Part shown: positions 12,653 through 22,891 of the stretch, piece after piece | How positions within the stretch are numbered: position 1 is the stretch's first letter | Layout: every line of letters begins with the position of its first letter | Assembly: GCA_963772095.1 (NCBI GenBank) | Contig: CAVYVU010000010.1 | Coordinates: 3,917-67,916 of the forward strand | Direction: 5' to 3' | Origin: an uncultured Thermoleophilia bacterium | GTDB taxonomy: Bacteria > Actinomycetota > Thermoleophilia > RBG-16-64-13 | Length of the DNA: 64,000 bases | Position numbers and translations under genes: made by a program | The notes under the pieces: model-generated | The model's input: only the letters and a program-made list of their open reading frames with translations | Told to the model about the DNA's origin: nothing | The model's database searches: none

Positions 12653-14242
12653 CTAGTGAGCGGCGTCCTTCGTCAAGCTTAGGGTGATCGTTATCGGACT
12701 CGTCTTATCGGCACCCCTCAAGTACGCGTGATCGATCTCACCGCGGGCGAAATCAGAATTCGGCCAGATGTAAAGGAGTTGCGGCGGCACGGAGTGGATA
12801 TACGCATCGAGCATCATGGTGCTCGAGAGCGTCATGCCGGTGGGCAGTCCGGAGGTCGTATCCAGCGCGTAGTCGCCGTTGCTCAGGACGCTGGTGCCCA
12901 CGCTGAGATCCAGCATCAGCTGGTCGTTGCCCGGCGGCACGTCATAGCCGAGCAGGGGCAGGAAAGGCTTCATGTCGAAGCGCAACGGGATATCGATGTT
13001 GGTAGCCGCTACGTTGAAGCCGAGGTTTGCGATGCCTGCGTTGAAAGTCAGATAGTTGAACTGCGTGTCGACATCCATGATCTTCTTACCCAACATGGCG
13101 TAAGACTTCGGGACGTCCAGATGATCGCCCGGCTTCGCCAGCTGGCCCGAATACGGCAGCATCAGCGCAGAAGTGACCGGGGTAAGGAACGTAGCAAGTC
13201 CAGCCACCATCGTCTGATCGAGAGCTTGTTCCGGCTTGCCTTTGCTCGCGTAGGAGATGCCCAGCACGGTTCCCTGATCGTCCACGCGGAGAAGCAGGTA
13301 GGCGGGCAGACTCGGGTCCACGTCCGTCTGGGAGAAGAACTGATTTTCCGGCACCTCAGGGAATCGAGGGTCAGCTTGATGGTCACCTGCCCGTTGGCCA
13401 CCGCCATCCTCTGCACGCTAACGTGACCCGTGATAGTGCTGGCCGTCAGTGTGGCCGGCCATACGCTGTTGTCGGTCCACAAATGTTCTGCCGCGTAGAT
13501 CTGAGGCGTGTTGATCGTGAAGGTGAACCCTACCGGGCCGGCCGGCTGGAGGTCGGCGAACGCGGGCAGCGAGGTATCCGGCGCCTGGGCTTTCAGAAGG
13601 TTTCGAGAGCAGTTGGGCGCACTCGCCGCGAGTGGCGTTCTTTGAGAAGTCGTATGTAGCCGCTGAGGCCGGCTCCATGCCGACCAGTCCATCGAGCAGA
13701 CCTGCGTACGCCGCTTTTCGTGCCCACGGGAAATGAACGTCCGAGAAGTTCGGGAAGAGCGGCTGGTAGGAGGCTGGAGGATCGGGAAGCTTGGCGGCTC
13801 GGGCGACCATCGTCATCAATTGCGCCCGGGTGATGTTCGCCGTCGGATCGAAGGTAGTCGGCGTCTTCCCCGTTGTGATGGCGTTATTGGCGCAGACCGC
13901 CACGTAGTTGTATGGATAGAGGGCGTCAGTCTGGCTGAGACCTTTGTCGACGTCGGTGAAGGCACACGTGTCGCCGGCCGACACCGGCAATGCCATGGTG
14001 AGGACGATCATCTTGGCGAACTGCTGTCGCGTGACCGGATCGTTGGGCTTGAAGTTGTTGGCGTCCACGCCATTCACGATGTGGCGTGCCGAAAGGTCGG
14101 CGATAGCAGCAGCATACGGATGATCGGCCGGGACGTCACTGAAAGCCAGTGCAACGCCGGCGATCCCCAACACCAGAGCCATCAGTACGAGCGCAATGCC
14201 TACCCCCATCGTGAGTCGAGACCGAGAGCTGATCGTTCGCAT
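12653..14242 (-). pseudogene. S-layer-homology (3x SLH) surface protein with uncharacterised C-terminal domain; 2 frame breaks (near 13620 and 13355)
   Basis: ATG at 14242 after GGGGGGAAG. Signal/TM segment (MGVGIALVLMALVLGIAGVALA), then three SLH repeats (FSDVPADHPYAAAI.., FTDVDKG.., FSDVHFPWARKAAYAGLL..). The protein continues in ORF 13162..13692 (..LPAFADLQPAGPVGFTFTINTPQIY..) and then ORF 12653..13354. Confidence 0.8.
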
Positions 14243-14459
14243 ATTCTTCCCCCCAACACACGGCATTACGGTACTTTCATATGTAATAGGTTTAGCACCA
14301 AACGGTCGTTTGTGAAAGCAAGATTCGCTGGCGGGAAGCGGGCCCGCGTCCGGCGGAAGACCGGCCCGCCTCGCCGAGACTGCGGCACGAAAGATGGAGA
14401 GCGGCAGCTCCGCTGCAGGATCCCACGCGGAGGGAACGCGGCCCCGGGATACCTTGCCC

Positions 14460-15341
14460 TTATCCTCGGAGAGGTCGGCTTTCCGAGATCCGATCGGCCA
14501 GCGCCACGAACTGCCCGGGCGCCAGCCGCTCCGCCCGCACGCCCGCGGGAGCGCCAATCGCTTCCACCAAGCCCAGGGCACACTCTCTCGGCAAGTCGAG
14601 CCCGGCCGCCAGGGCATTGGCCAGCGTCTTTCTCCGTTGGCCAAAGGCGGCCTGAATGATCGCTTTCAACAAAGCGGGGTCGGAGGCGGGGAGCTCTTCC
14701 TCGGGGAGACGATCGAGGACCAGCAGGCTCGAGTCGACGTGGGGCTGAGGATAGAAGATCGACCGGGAGAGCGGCCGGCTGCGCACGATCCGCGCGTAGA
14801 GCTGCACCCACACCGACAGGATGCCGTAGATCTTGCTTCCGGGGGCCGCGGCGATGCGTTCCGCCACCTCTCTCTGCACCATGACGCAATAGCGGCGCAC
14901 GCTGGGCAGTCTCTGCAAAGACTCGATGATGAACGGCCCGGCGACCGAATACGGCAGATTGCTCGCGCATAAGGTGGGAAGCGGATCCAATTCCTCAAGC
15001 GGAGCCTTGAGCACGTCCTGAAAGTACAGACTGACTTTGGCGTCACCTTCCAGAGGGTTCCCCAGCGTGGCTCTGAGCGGCGCCTCCAGACTCCTGTCTA
15101 CCTCGAACGCGTGCACATGGCGCGCCACCCCAGCGAGTGCGCGCGTGAGAACCCCGAGACCCGCTCCCACCTCGAGGGCTATGTCCTCCGGAGCACACCC
15201 CAGTTGAGCGAGCATGACGCCCAGGATGTTGTCGTCGATGAGAAAGTTCTGCCCCAGATCGCGCTTCGGGGTGATGCCGAACTCCGCCAGGCGCGCCAGC
15301 GAGGTCTGCCGCAGGACCGCGATCGGGCGGTCACCGCTCAT
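14460..15341 (-). CDS. rsmA: 16S rRNA (adenine1518/1519-N6)-dimethyltransferase
   Basis: GITPKRDLGQNFLIDDNIL and EVGAGLGVLT SAM motifs. Conserved position next to tatD and metG. Confidence 0.92.
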   Translation of the reverse strand: MSGDRPIAVLRQTSLARLAEFGITPKRDLGQNFLIDDNILGVMLAQLGCAPEDIALEVGAGLGVLTRALAGVARHVHAFEVDRSLEAPLRATLGNPLEGDAKVSLYFQDVLKAPLEELDPLPTLCASNLPYSVAGPFIIESLQRLPSVRRYCVMVQREVAERIAAAPGSKIYGILSVWVQLYARIVRSRPLSRSIFYPQPHVDSSLLVLDRLPEEELPASDPALLKAIIQAAFGQRRKTLANALAAGLDLPRECALGLVEAIGAPAGVRAERLAPGQFVALADRISESRPLRG

Positions 15342-15450
15342 ACGTACCACCGCCGAACATTGAGTGAACTGCGTCCCGGCCGAACGCAGAAGTTAAGCCT
15401 GGAAAGCGTGCTTGCTCCGGCGGACATGGGCGGGCAAAACGCGAGGACGC

Positions 15451-16242
15451 TCAAGACGCTGGAGACAGCCGCAGTCGCGGATAAGCTCGGGCGGCATTTG
15501 CGCACACCTGGGCGGCAAGCTCTTGCACGCTCGTCTCTCGTTGCCTGGCTGCGAACTCATACGTATTGACCACGAGCGCCGAGGAGTTCGGGCGGCCGCG
15601 AAACGGCAGCGGAGCGAGGAACGGGGCGTCGGTCTCGAGCAGGAGCCGGTCTGCCGGAACCGCGCGCAGCGCGGTCTGCAATGCGCCGGCGTTCTGAAAG
15701 GTCACATTGCCGGCGAAGCTCAGATAGTAGCCCCGGGCCACCAGTTCGGGAAGGCGCTCAGGAAGCGAAAAACAGTGCAGAACTACCGTGAGCCCGGCCC
15801 CGTGGGAGTCGAGTAGGCGCAGGGTATCGTCCGCAGCGTCGCGGGAATGGATGACCACCGGAAGCCCGGAAACGCCTGCCATCTCGAGTTGCCGGGAAAA
15901 CACCTTCGCCTGGACGGTATGAGGTACCGGGTTGCGATAGAAGTCCAGGCCGGTCTCGCCTAGCGCGACCACCTTTGGGTGCGCGGCAAGGGCCGCGAGT
16001 TCCTCGAAACCCGCGTCTGTCGCCTCAGAGGCGTCTTGGGGGTGATAGCCGATGGTGACCCACACGCCAGGGAAGCGGTCGGCCTGCGCCAGCCCCCACA
16101 GAGAAGAAGTCACGTCTACCGCCGAGTGGATCAGCGTGTCCACACCCGCCAAGGCAGCCAGGCGCACCAATTCCTCCACAGGGCGCGGACCGCCGGCGAG
16201 GCCGATGTCGTCCAGGTGAGTGTGATTGTCTAGGTAGGTCAC
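15451..16242 (-). CDS. tatD: TatD-family metal-dependent hydrolase
   Basis: DNHTHLD, GYHP, GETGLDFY, VIHSRDA, HCFS and ETDAPFL motifs. Start set at the GTG at 16242, because the ORF-track N-terminus would overlap metG. Confidence 0.88.
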   Translation of the reverse strand: MTYLDNHTHLDDIGLAGGPRPVEELVRLAALAGVDTLIHSAVDVTSSLWGLAQADRFPGVWVTIGYHPQDASEATDAGFEELAALAAHPKVVALGETGLDFYRNPVPHTVQAKVFSRQLEMAGVSGLPVVIHSRDAADDTLRLLDSHGAGLTVVLHCFSLPERLPELVARGYYLSFAGNVTFQNAGALQTALRAVPADRLLLETDAPFLAPLPFRGRPNSSALVVNTYEFAARQRETSVQELAAQVCANAARAYPRLRLSPAS

Positions 16243-16267
16243 AAGATGCTGGTCCCGCCAGCGCCTG

Positions 16268-17884
16268 TCAGTCCTCGATCCGAGGGAAGAGAGCCGAGCC
16301 GGGCACCACGCTCGAACCCTCGGGCAGCAGACCCCAATGGGCCTGATCCCAGCTTGGTCCCGCTGCCTGCTCGATGCCGGCATCGCCCTGGGCGCCTCCC
16401 GCGGCTCGAGGGGCGAACGTCTCCGCTCCGGCACTGCCCAACCCAAGCCGGGCGCTGATCTGTTGTGCGGTCTCGGGGATGAACGGGTGCAGCATCACCG
16501 AGAGCAGCCGCAGCCCCTCCGCGAGGTCCCAGAGCGTTGCGTCGAGCGCGGCGGCGGCAGCCACACCGGCGGCGCCTTCGGCCGCCGCCTCTTTGGCCTG
16601 CTTCCACGGCGCCTGCTCTTCGACGTAGCGGTTCAAGCGGCGCACAAGCATCCAGATCGTCTCCAGCGCGGCACTCAAGTCCATCTCTTCCAGTTGTCGC
16701 TCGGCCGTGGCCGCGGTCTCCTCCGCTTCGGCGGCGAGCGGGGAGTCGGCCGGCGTACGGCCGGGGGGCGGCGAGGGCACCGAGCCGCCTCGGTACTTGG
16801 TGATCATCGAGGTGCTCCGCGACAGCAGGTTGCCCAGCTCGTTCGCCAACTCGCTGTTGTAGCGGGCCTTGAAGCCCTCCTCGCTCACCATCCCATCCTG
16901 CCCGAAGCTCACCTCGCGCAGGCAATAAAAGCGGAAGGGATCCGCGCCATACTGCTCGATCAACGGGAAGGGATCCATCACGTTCCCGCGGGTCTTGGAC
17001 ATCTTCTCCCCGCCCAGCTTGAGATAACCGTGGATGAAGAGGTGCTCGGGGAGTTCGTATCCCGCGGACATCAAGAGGGCCGGCCAGATGATGGCGTGGA
17101 ATTTGAGGATGTCCTGCGCCATGAGGTGGTAGGTGGGGGGCCAGAAACGGGAGACAAGATCTTGCCCGGGGGCGAAATGCAGCGCGCTCAGATAGCTAAT
17201 GAGCGCGTCGATCCACACGTAGATCACTTGGGACGAGTCCCAGGGAATGCTTATGCCCCACTTGAGGGTGGCCCGGGAGATGGAGATATCGTCCAGGCCC
17301 TGCTCGATGAACGAAAGCGCCTCGTTGTAGCGATGACGGGGCCGGATCCACTCGGGGTTGGCCCGGTAATGCTCGAGCAGACGCTCCTGGTAGGCTGACA
17401 GCCGGAAGAAGTAGTTGTCCTCCTCCATCTTCACGGGCGGGGTGCCATGGTCCGGACACAGCCCGTCCACGAGGTTCTCTTCGATGTAGTAGGCCTCGCA
17501 GGCCGGGCAGTAGAGCCCGGCGTAGGAGCCGGTGTAGATATCGCCGTGGTCGTAACAGCGCTGGACAAAATCTTGCACGAAAGCCTCGTGCTTCGGGTCG
17601 GTAGTGCGAAGCAGGAAATCGATGGTGGCGTTCACCTGGCGGGCCACTTCCCTGAACCGGACCACGATCTCGTCCGCGTGCTCCTTGGGAGTCAGACCGC
17701 GGGCGGAGGCCGCCTGCTCGATCTTGGTGCCGTGCTCGTCCGTGCCGGTGAGGAAATACACGTCGTCACCCAGTTGGCGATGGAAGCGGACCGCGACGTC
17801 GGCGGCCGTGGTGGTATAGGCGTGGCCGATGTGCGGCACGTCGTTGACGTAGTAGATGGGTGTGGTGATGTAGAACTTGCCCAT
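16268..17884 (-). CDS. metG: methionine--tRNA ligase
   Basis: MGKFYITTPIYYVNDVPHIGHAYT (HIGH motif) and KMSKTRGN (KMSKS motif). Start at the ATG at 17884. Confidence 0.95.
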   Translation of the reverse strand: MGKFYITTPIYYVNDVPHIGHAYTTTAADVAVRFHRQLGDDVYFLTGTDEHGTKIEQAASARGLTPKEHADEIVVRFREVARQVNATIDFLLRTTDPKHEAFVQDFVQRCYDHGDIYTGSYAGLYCPACEAYYIEENLVDGLCPDHGTPPVKMEEDNYFFRLSAYQERLLEHYRANPEWIRPRHRYNEALSFIEQGLDDISISRATLKWGISIPWDSSQVIYVWIDALISYLSALHFAPGQDLVSRFWPPTYHLMAQDILKFHAIIWPALLMSAGYELPEHLFIHGYLKLGGEKMSKTRGNVMDPFPLIEQYGADPFRFYCLREVSFGQDGMVSEEGFKARYNSELANELGNLLSRSTSMITKYRGGSVPSPPPGRTPADSPLAAEAEETAATAERQLEEMDLSAALETIWMLVRRLNRYVEEQAPWKQAKEAAAEGAAGVAAAAALDATLWDLAEGLRLLSVMLHPFIPETAQQISARLGLGSAGAETFAPRAAGGAQGDAGIEQAAGPSWDQAHWGLLPEGSSVVPGSALFPRIED

Positions 17885-18002
17885 AGCCGAGCCAGTATAG
17901 CCAAGAATCCGCGCTGTGGTCGAAAGAAACCGACGCTCCGACCAGACCTCCGGCCCGCGGTCGTCCGCCCGCGCGATTGCGACCACGCATGAGCAATCAA
18001 CT

Positions 18003-18896
18003 TCAGTGTTTGAGTTCCTCCCGAGCCTCTAAAGCCAGCGCATATGTCCGGCGGGCCGGCAGTCCCGTCAGGCCGGCGACGATACCCGCGGCAGCCTTGG
18101 TCCCCACGCCCTGGGCCAGCATCTGCCCCAACGCCTCCCGCGCCCGGGCCTCCAGGACTGCAGGCGCCAGACCAAAACCTGAGTCGGAGGCCGCTTTGTC
18201 GCCGGAGCCTGCCGAGACCCGGGAGGTGGCCTGCCCCCCGACGGATTCGAGCACCAGCACGATCTCCCCTCTAACGGGGTCGCCCAGGCGCGCCAAGACC
18301 TCCGTTGCGGTGCCGCGGATGGCCTCTTCGTGGATCTTGGTGAGTTCCCGGCATACGACCAGTTGACGGTTGGGCCACCGTTCGGAGATGACCTCCAGGG
18401 ACTTCCGCAGCCGCCGGGGAGACTCAAAGGCCACCACGGCCGCGCCCGTACCGTCGAACGCGGCCACCTGGGCGGTCAACTTCGTCTTGCCGCGGGCGAG
18501 GAACCCCACGAATGCGAAGCGGTCCGCGGGCAGCCCGGAGAGAACCAATCCGGTCGCCACCGATGACGGTCCGGGCAGCACGGTCACCGGTATGTCCTCG
18601 GCCGCGCACGCGCGCACCAACGAGAAGCCGGGGTCGGAGAGGCCGGGCATACCCGCATCCGACACCAGGGCGACGTCCCGGCCCTCCCGCAGCAGCGGGA
18701 GCAGGGCCGACAGCCGCTGCTCTTCGTTGTGGTCGTGGAAGCTCATCAGGCGGGCGACGATGCCGTACCGGTCCAGCAGGATGCGGGTGTGGCGAGTGTC
18801 CTCACACGCCACCAACTCCACTTGCTTGAGGACCTCGAGCACCCGGAGGGTGACGTCCTTCAGATTACCGATGGGGGTGGGACAGATGTACAGCAT
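18003..18896 (-). CDS. rsmI: 16S rRNA (cytidine1402-2'-O)-methyltransferase
   Basis: MLYICPTPIGNLKDVTLRVLEVL..VACEDTRHTRILL is the typical RsmI N-terminus. Start at the internal ATG at 18896. Confidence 0.9.
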   Translation of the reverse strand: MLYICPTPIGNLKDVTLRVLEVLKQVELVACEDTRHTRILLDRYGIVARLMSFHDHNEEQRLSALLPLLREGRDVALVSDAGMPGLSDPGFSLVRACAAEDIPVTVLPGPSSVATGLVLSGLPADRFAFVGFLARGKTKLTAQVAAFDGTGAAVVAFESPRRLRKSLEVISERWPNRQLVVCRELTKIHEEAIRGTATEVLARLGDPVRGEIVLVLESVGGQATSRVSAGSGDKAASDSGFGLAPAVLEARAREALGQMLAQGVGTKAAAGIVAGLTGLPARRTYALALEAREELKH

Positions 18897-18931
18897 GGCG
18901 GTGGCGGCCCTGGTGGGAAAGCACTCGCCGG

Positions 18932-19936
18932 TCAACCCGCCGGCTGTAGTTTCTCCCAGGCCACGAGCCCCCCTCCCACGAGGCCGGCGCTGTTGCCAAG
19001 GGCGGCGGCGGCCACTCGCACTTGGTCTTTGTTTGGAGACAAGGCGAGTTCGCGCACAAGTTCACGGGCCGGCCGCAGGAGCAGCTCCCCGAGGGCCGAC
19101 ACTCCCCCACCTACAACGATCATCTCGGGGTTGAAGGTGTTGGTGAGGTTCACCAGCCCCATGCCGAGCCACCGTGCCACCTCGTCGACCGCGGCCACCG
19201 CGCCCGGATAGCCCTCCTGCGCCAATCGGGCCACCTGCGCTCCGTCCAGCTCTCCTCGAGAGCGCAGCTCGGCCAGAACGCTCTGCGGGTCGAGGTCGGC
19301 CGACGCCGCCCGCCGCATCCCTGCGCGGGCCAACGCGTTCCCTGACGCGTACATCTCCAGGCAGCCCCGGGAACCGCAGTGGCAGAGCTCCCCGTCGACG
19401 AGGACGATGGCGTGGCCGAGCTCGGCTGCGCCGCCCCCCACTCCCCGGTAGAGCCGGCCGTCGAGGTACATCCCACCGCCCACGCCCGTGCCCAAGGTCA
19501 GCATCACCACGTGCCTGAGCCCCGCTGCCACGCCGGCGGTCACTTCGGCGAGGACCGCCGCGTTGGCATCGTTCTCGAGGACGACCCGCATGTCCAAGGC
19601 CTGCTCGAGTATCTCCCGGAGAGGCACCCGCTCGAGAGGCAGGTTGGGCGAGGTCACCACGATCCCCTGCACGGGGTCTACCGTGCCGGCGCACGCCATC
19701 CCGACGCCACCCAGAGGAATCCCGAATTCAGCCTCTCCTCGCTTGAGTGTGGAGATGAGTCCCTCCACAAAAGAAGCGGCGTCACGCGTCTGGCTGGGCT
19801 CCGTGATCGGTTCCGCGAGCATCCGTCCTTGCGCATCGACCGGGCCGACAGTCACCTTGGTTCCTCCGGCGTCCACCCCGAGCATGGCCATCGGGCTGAG
19901 GTCATCTCCCGCCCGAATATTCATGGCCTTCTCCAT
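18932..19936 (-). CDS. ROK-family glucokinase
   Basis: GVDAGGTKV, ENDANAA, LTLGTGVGGG and the ROK zinc motif GHAIV..CHCGSRGCLE. Confidence 0.88.
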   Translation of the reverse strand: MEKAMNIRAGDDLSPMAMLGVDAGGTKVTVGPVDAQGRMLAEPITEPSQTRDAASFVEGLISTLKRGEAEFGIPLGGVGMACAGTVDPVQGIVVTSPNLPLERVPLREILEQALDMRVVLENDANAAVLAEVTAGVAAGLRHVVMLTLGTGVGGGMYLDGRLYRGVGGGAAELGHAIVLVDGELCHCGSRGCLEMYASGNALARAGMRRAASADLDPQSVLAELRSRGELDGAQVARLAQEGYPGAVAAVDEVARWLGMGLVNLTNTFNPEMIVVGGGVSALGELLLRPARELVRELALSPNKDQVRVAAAALGNSAGLVGGGLVAWEKLQPAG

Positions 19937-19979
19937 CCCCACCGGCTCGCCTCCGTCCGCTTGTGCGCCGGCAAACCCA

Positions 19980-21617
19980 TCAGGTCTCAACCGCCGCTCG
20001 GGCCTTGTTTTCCCCAAGCCTACGGGTGAGCCTCACGTAGTCATACCCGAACTCGTACGAGAACTGCACGCTCTCACGACTGTAGCCGCGGTCACGATAG
20101 AACCGCTCGGAGTCCGCATCCTTGACCGCACGCAATACGACTCGATCGCAGCCCCGCCGTAGAGCCTCCTTTTCGAAGCGTTTGAGCATCGCCGAGCCAA
20201 GTCCCCGCCCTCGCTGCCCCTTTCCGACTACGAACTCGTCCACCGAGCCGAGGCCACCGACAAAATGCCCGCGGAGCACTGCGAGCACGCGTCTGTGACG
20301 CCGAACGATCAGTGCAAACGGCTCGGCGCGCCAATCCATGCGGCGCCCGAATGTCTCCTCGTCGGCCAACGGCCATTCCTCCCTGAAGAAACGCGCCACC
20401 TCCCGCTCGTCGCCGCGGCCGACGTCCACCTTCACGTCCCGACTTTCGAGTTCGACCTCCGGTGCGGACTCTGCCTGTTCCACCCGGGCGACAGCCGAGC
20501 GTGGTTCCTTCCTACGGAAATCTCTCTCGTTGAGGAGCACGACCTCCTCGCTGGTCTCGCGTCCGTCGACGGTGCGTGTCACCGAGGGGTAGGCGGCACG
20601 TAACCCTCCCACTGCGTCCCTCAGATCGCACGACCCAAGAAAAGCACCTACGAGTGCGGGAAGGGGCCGCGCAGAACCATCCTCGATCTTGATCACGCAG
20701 CCCAGAGCTGACTCGTCGCTCGGGTCGGGCCTGAAGCTTGGTGGCACAGCAAGCGCCTGGACGCCCTCCGCGCCACATTTCGCGAGGACCCCGCCCGTGG
20801 ACGCCTGCATGATCCTGGTGTCGCGCAGCTCTTCGCCGCCCACCAGCTCCGGGTGCGCGAGCATCGCGTCACGCACCCGCGCGAGTTCCGGCGTGGCGCC
20901 GGCCGCAAGAAGCGCGAACAACCATGCAGCCTCGCACAGGTCCACCCGGACGACGGGCACCCCGCAGCCGTCGGTGCCTCCCCACAGCGTGCCGGCGGAC
21001 CTGCGTGCTCCTGCGATCCAGCGACAACCAGGCTGTCCCGGCCCCCGCGACAACAACCCACGGATGGTCCGCGCTATCTGCTCCTGTACCGGGTGCTCCG
21101 CCGCCCAGTATCCGGTGACCGGTGTGCCCAGGTGGAGCGCCATGGCGAGCATCCCCGCGTGTTTCCCCGAGCAATTGTGATGGAGGACCGAGGGGAGCTC
21201 TCCTCGGTCCCGCAGGGCGCGACAGGCTGAAGGGCTGAGGGGCGGGTGCGTTCCGCAGGCCAAGGCTTCCGGTCCGAGGCCCAGCCGGTCGAGCAGCGAG
21301 CCGACGATCTGCACGTGGACCGGCTCCCCACCATGCGAGCTGCATATCACGGCCAGCTCCTCCTGAGTGATGCCAAAGGCGTCGGCGGCGCCGCTCTCCA
21401 CCACCGCAAGCGCCTGAAACGGCTTGGCCGCGGAACGAAGATGGACCACGGCAAGCGGGTCACCGACCCCTCCCAGGAGCTCGCCGCGGCTGTCCACCAC
21501 GGCGATCGCCCCCCGGTGTACCGATTCCACGTGCCCGCCTCGCATCAGCGCCATGACCGGCTCGTAGCACGGGTCGAAAGCGGAGGTCTTGCCCGAGTCG
21601 GGATCCCGGGATCTCAT
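19980..21617 (-). CDS. fusion protein: asparaginase-II-family domain (N) plus GNAT acetyltransferase domain (C)
   Basis: N-terminal half: ESVHRGAIAVVD, HLRSAAKPFQALA, HHNCSGKHAGML (Rhizobium-type asparaginase II family). C-terminal ~150 aa: VGKGQRGRGLGSAMLKRFEKEA..FYRDRGY (GNAT motif A). One uninterrupted 545-aa ORF. Confidence 0.8.
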   Translation of the reverse strand: MRSRDPDSGKTSAFDPCYEPVMALMRGGHVESVHRGAIAVVDSRGELLGGVGDPLAVVHLRSAAKPFQALAVVESGAADAFGITQEELAVICSSHGGEPVHVQIVGSLLDRLGLGPEALACGTHPPLSPSACRALRDRGELPSVLHHNCSGKHAGMLAMALHLGTPVTGYWAAEHPVQEQIARTIRGLLSRGPGQPGCRWIAGARRSAGTLWGGTDGCGVPVVRVDLCEAAWLFALLAAGATPELARVRDAMLAHPELVGGEELRDTRIMQASTGGVLAKCGAEGVQALAVPPSFRPDPSDESALGCVIKIEDGSARPLPALVGAFLGSCDLRDAVGGLRAAYPSVTRTVDGRETSEEVVLLNERDFRRKEPRSAVARVEQAESAPEVELESRDVKVDVGRGDEREVARFFREEWPLADEETFGRRMDWRAEPFALIVRRHRRVLAVLRGHFVGGLGSVDEFVVGKGQRGRGLGSAMLKRFEKEALRRGCDRVVLRAVKDADSERFYRDRGYSRESVQFSYEFGYDYVRLTRRLGENKARAAVET

Positions 21618-21847
21618 TCCGAGGTCAACGCGGCTCGCGCATCTTCGAGGTCTTCGGGCCGTACCATGATGTCCTGTTTGCCCACGCCGTCGATGGTCAC
21701 CGGGAGCACCCAGGAGAGGGCCTCGTGCGTGACTATGGCCTCGATACCCGCGCTCCTCAGCTTGGCGACGATTATCTGCGCCTCGACGGGATCGTACAGG
21801 GTGACAAGAAGTACCGGCGCGCGGCTATCAGAATCCGAGCTCATCAC
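21614..21847 (-). CDS. DUF2007-like small putative signal-transducing protein
   Basis: 77 aa; VLLVTLYDPVEAQIIVAKLRSAGIEA..V.RPEDLEDARAAL pattern. Its TGA overlaps the next gene's ATG (ATGA). Confidence 0.65.
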   Translation of the reverse strand: MMSSDSDSRAPVLLVTLYDPVEAQIIVAKLRSAGIEAIVTHEALSWVLPVTIDGVGKQDIMVRPEDLEDARAALTSE

Positions 21848-22382
21848 TTATCCCCTGCATCGCGGTCAGCCCGATCTCCAGGAACTCGTCCAACTCCAGT
21901 CCGAGCTCGTCGCATGTCAACATATCCTCCCGTCTTGCGCCGCGGGCGAAACCAGGTTCCTTGAACCGCTTCTTCAGACTCTTGAGCGTCACGAGCTCCA
22001 ACCTCTTCTCGGGACGGATCAGCGCCGCGGCGGTGATGAGGCCGCTCATGGGATCGCAGGCGAACAGGGCCCGAGCCATTGAGGAGTCGACGACGGACCC
22101 GTTTGCCGGATTGTGTGCCGCGATGGCTCTGAGCACCTCTTCGTCGTCCAGACCTTCCTCGCGCAGCCACTCGACCGTTACGGTCCCGTGGGCCTCCATG
22201 GCTTCAGCCGTTTGCTCGGCGTCCAGGTCGTGCAGGAGGCCGGCGAGTCTCCAACGCTCGCCGTCTTCTCCTAGACGTTCGGCAAGGGCGCCCATGATCG
22301 CCTCAGTAGCCAACATATGGCGCACAAGGTTCTCGTTGGTCACCCGTTCTCGCACCAAGCACTCAGCGCTCTCTCTGTTCAC
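21828..22382 (-). CDS. HD/HDIG-domain phosphohydrolase
   Basis: VRHMLATEAIM..AGLLHDLD (H..HD motif). 184 aa. Confidence 0.8.
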   Translation of the reverse strand: MNRESAECLVRERVTNENLVRHMLATEAIMGALAERLGEDGERWRLAGLLHDLDAEQTAEAMEAHGTVTVEWLREEGLDDEEVLRAIAAHNPANGSVVDSSMARALFACDPMSGLITAAALIRPEKRLELVTLKSLKKRFKEPGFARGARREDMLTCDELGLELDEFLEIGLTAMQGISDELGF

Positions 22383-22395
22383 GAACCCTCCGTAT

Positions 22396-22881
22396 TCACA
22401 AGCCCTCTGCAGTCCAGACGGCGCTTGCCGCGCTCGTTGCCCTGGTTATGTCAGCCGGGCTCCAGGAGGTGCGCCCCTCCGTCGCCAAAACCATCCACTG
22501 CTTCGTCGATGCCCAGCGCCAGCCTACGGCGCCGCCCGCCTCCAGCGCAATACACTCGGGGTCGCTCAGTGGCCGGCAGGACATGGTCACTGCGAGCAAC
22601 CTCTCCCCTTTATACACGGTGAGACACGCATAGCAGGGGCCGGCGATCTCCACCCGCAGTCCCGTCTCCTCGGCCAACTCACGGGCCACACCCTGCGCGA
22701 GATCCTCGTCCCGCTCCAGACGGCCCCCAGGCGGGTCCCATGCATCGGTTGGTTCACTCCGATGGAGAAGCAACCATCGTCCGTCGTCGTTGCGTCGTAC
22801 CAGGCCCACGACCGCCACCCGCACATATGGCGCTTCCGGATCGGCGGCAGGCCCCACGCTTGCTGAGTCGTCGAGGTTCAT
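22396..22881 (-). CDS. NUDIX hydrolase
   Basis: Nudix box GGRLERDEDLAQGVARELAEETGL. Start at the ATG at 22881; the longer ORF-track N-terminus overlaps ltaE. Confidence 0.85.
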   Translation of the reverse strand: MNLDDSASVGPAADPEAPYVRVAVVGLVRRNDDGRWLLLHRSEPTDAWDPPGGRLERDEDLAQGVARELAEETGLRVEIAGPCYACLTVYKGERLLAVTMSCRPLSDPECIALEAGGAVGWRWASTKQWMVLATEGRTSWSPADITRATSAASAVWTAEGL

Positions 22882-22891
22882 GACGACCGGG

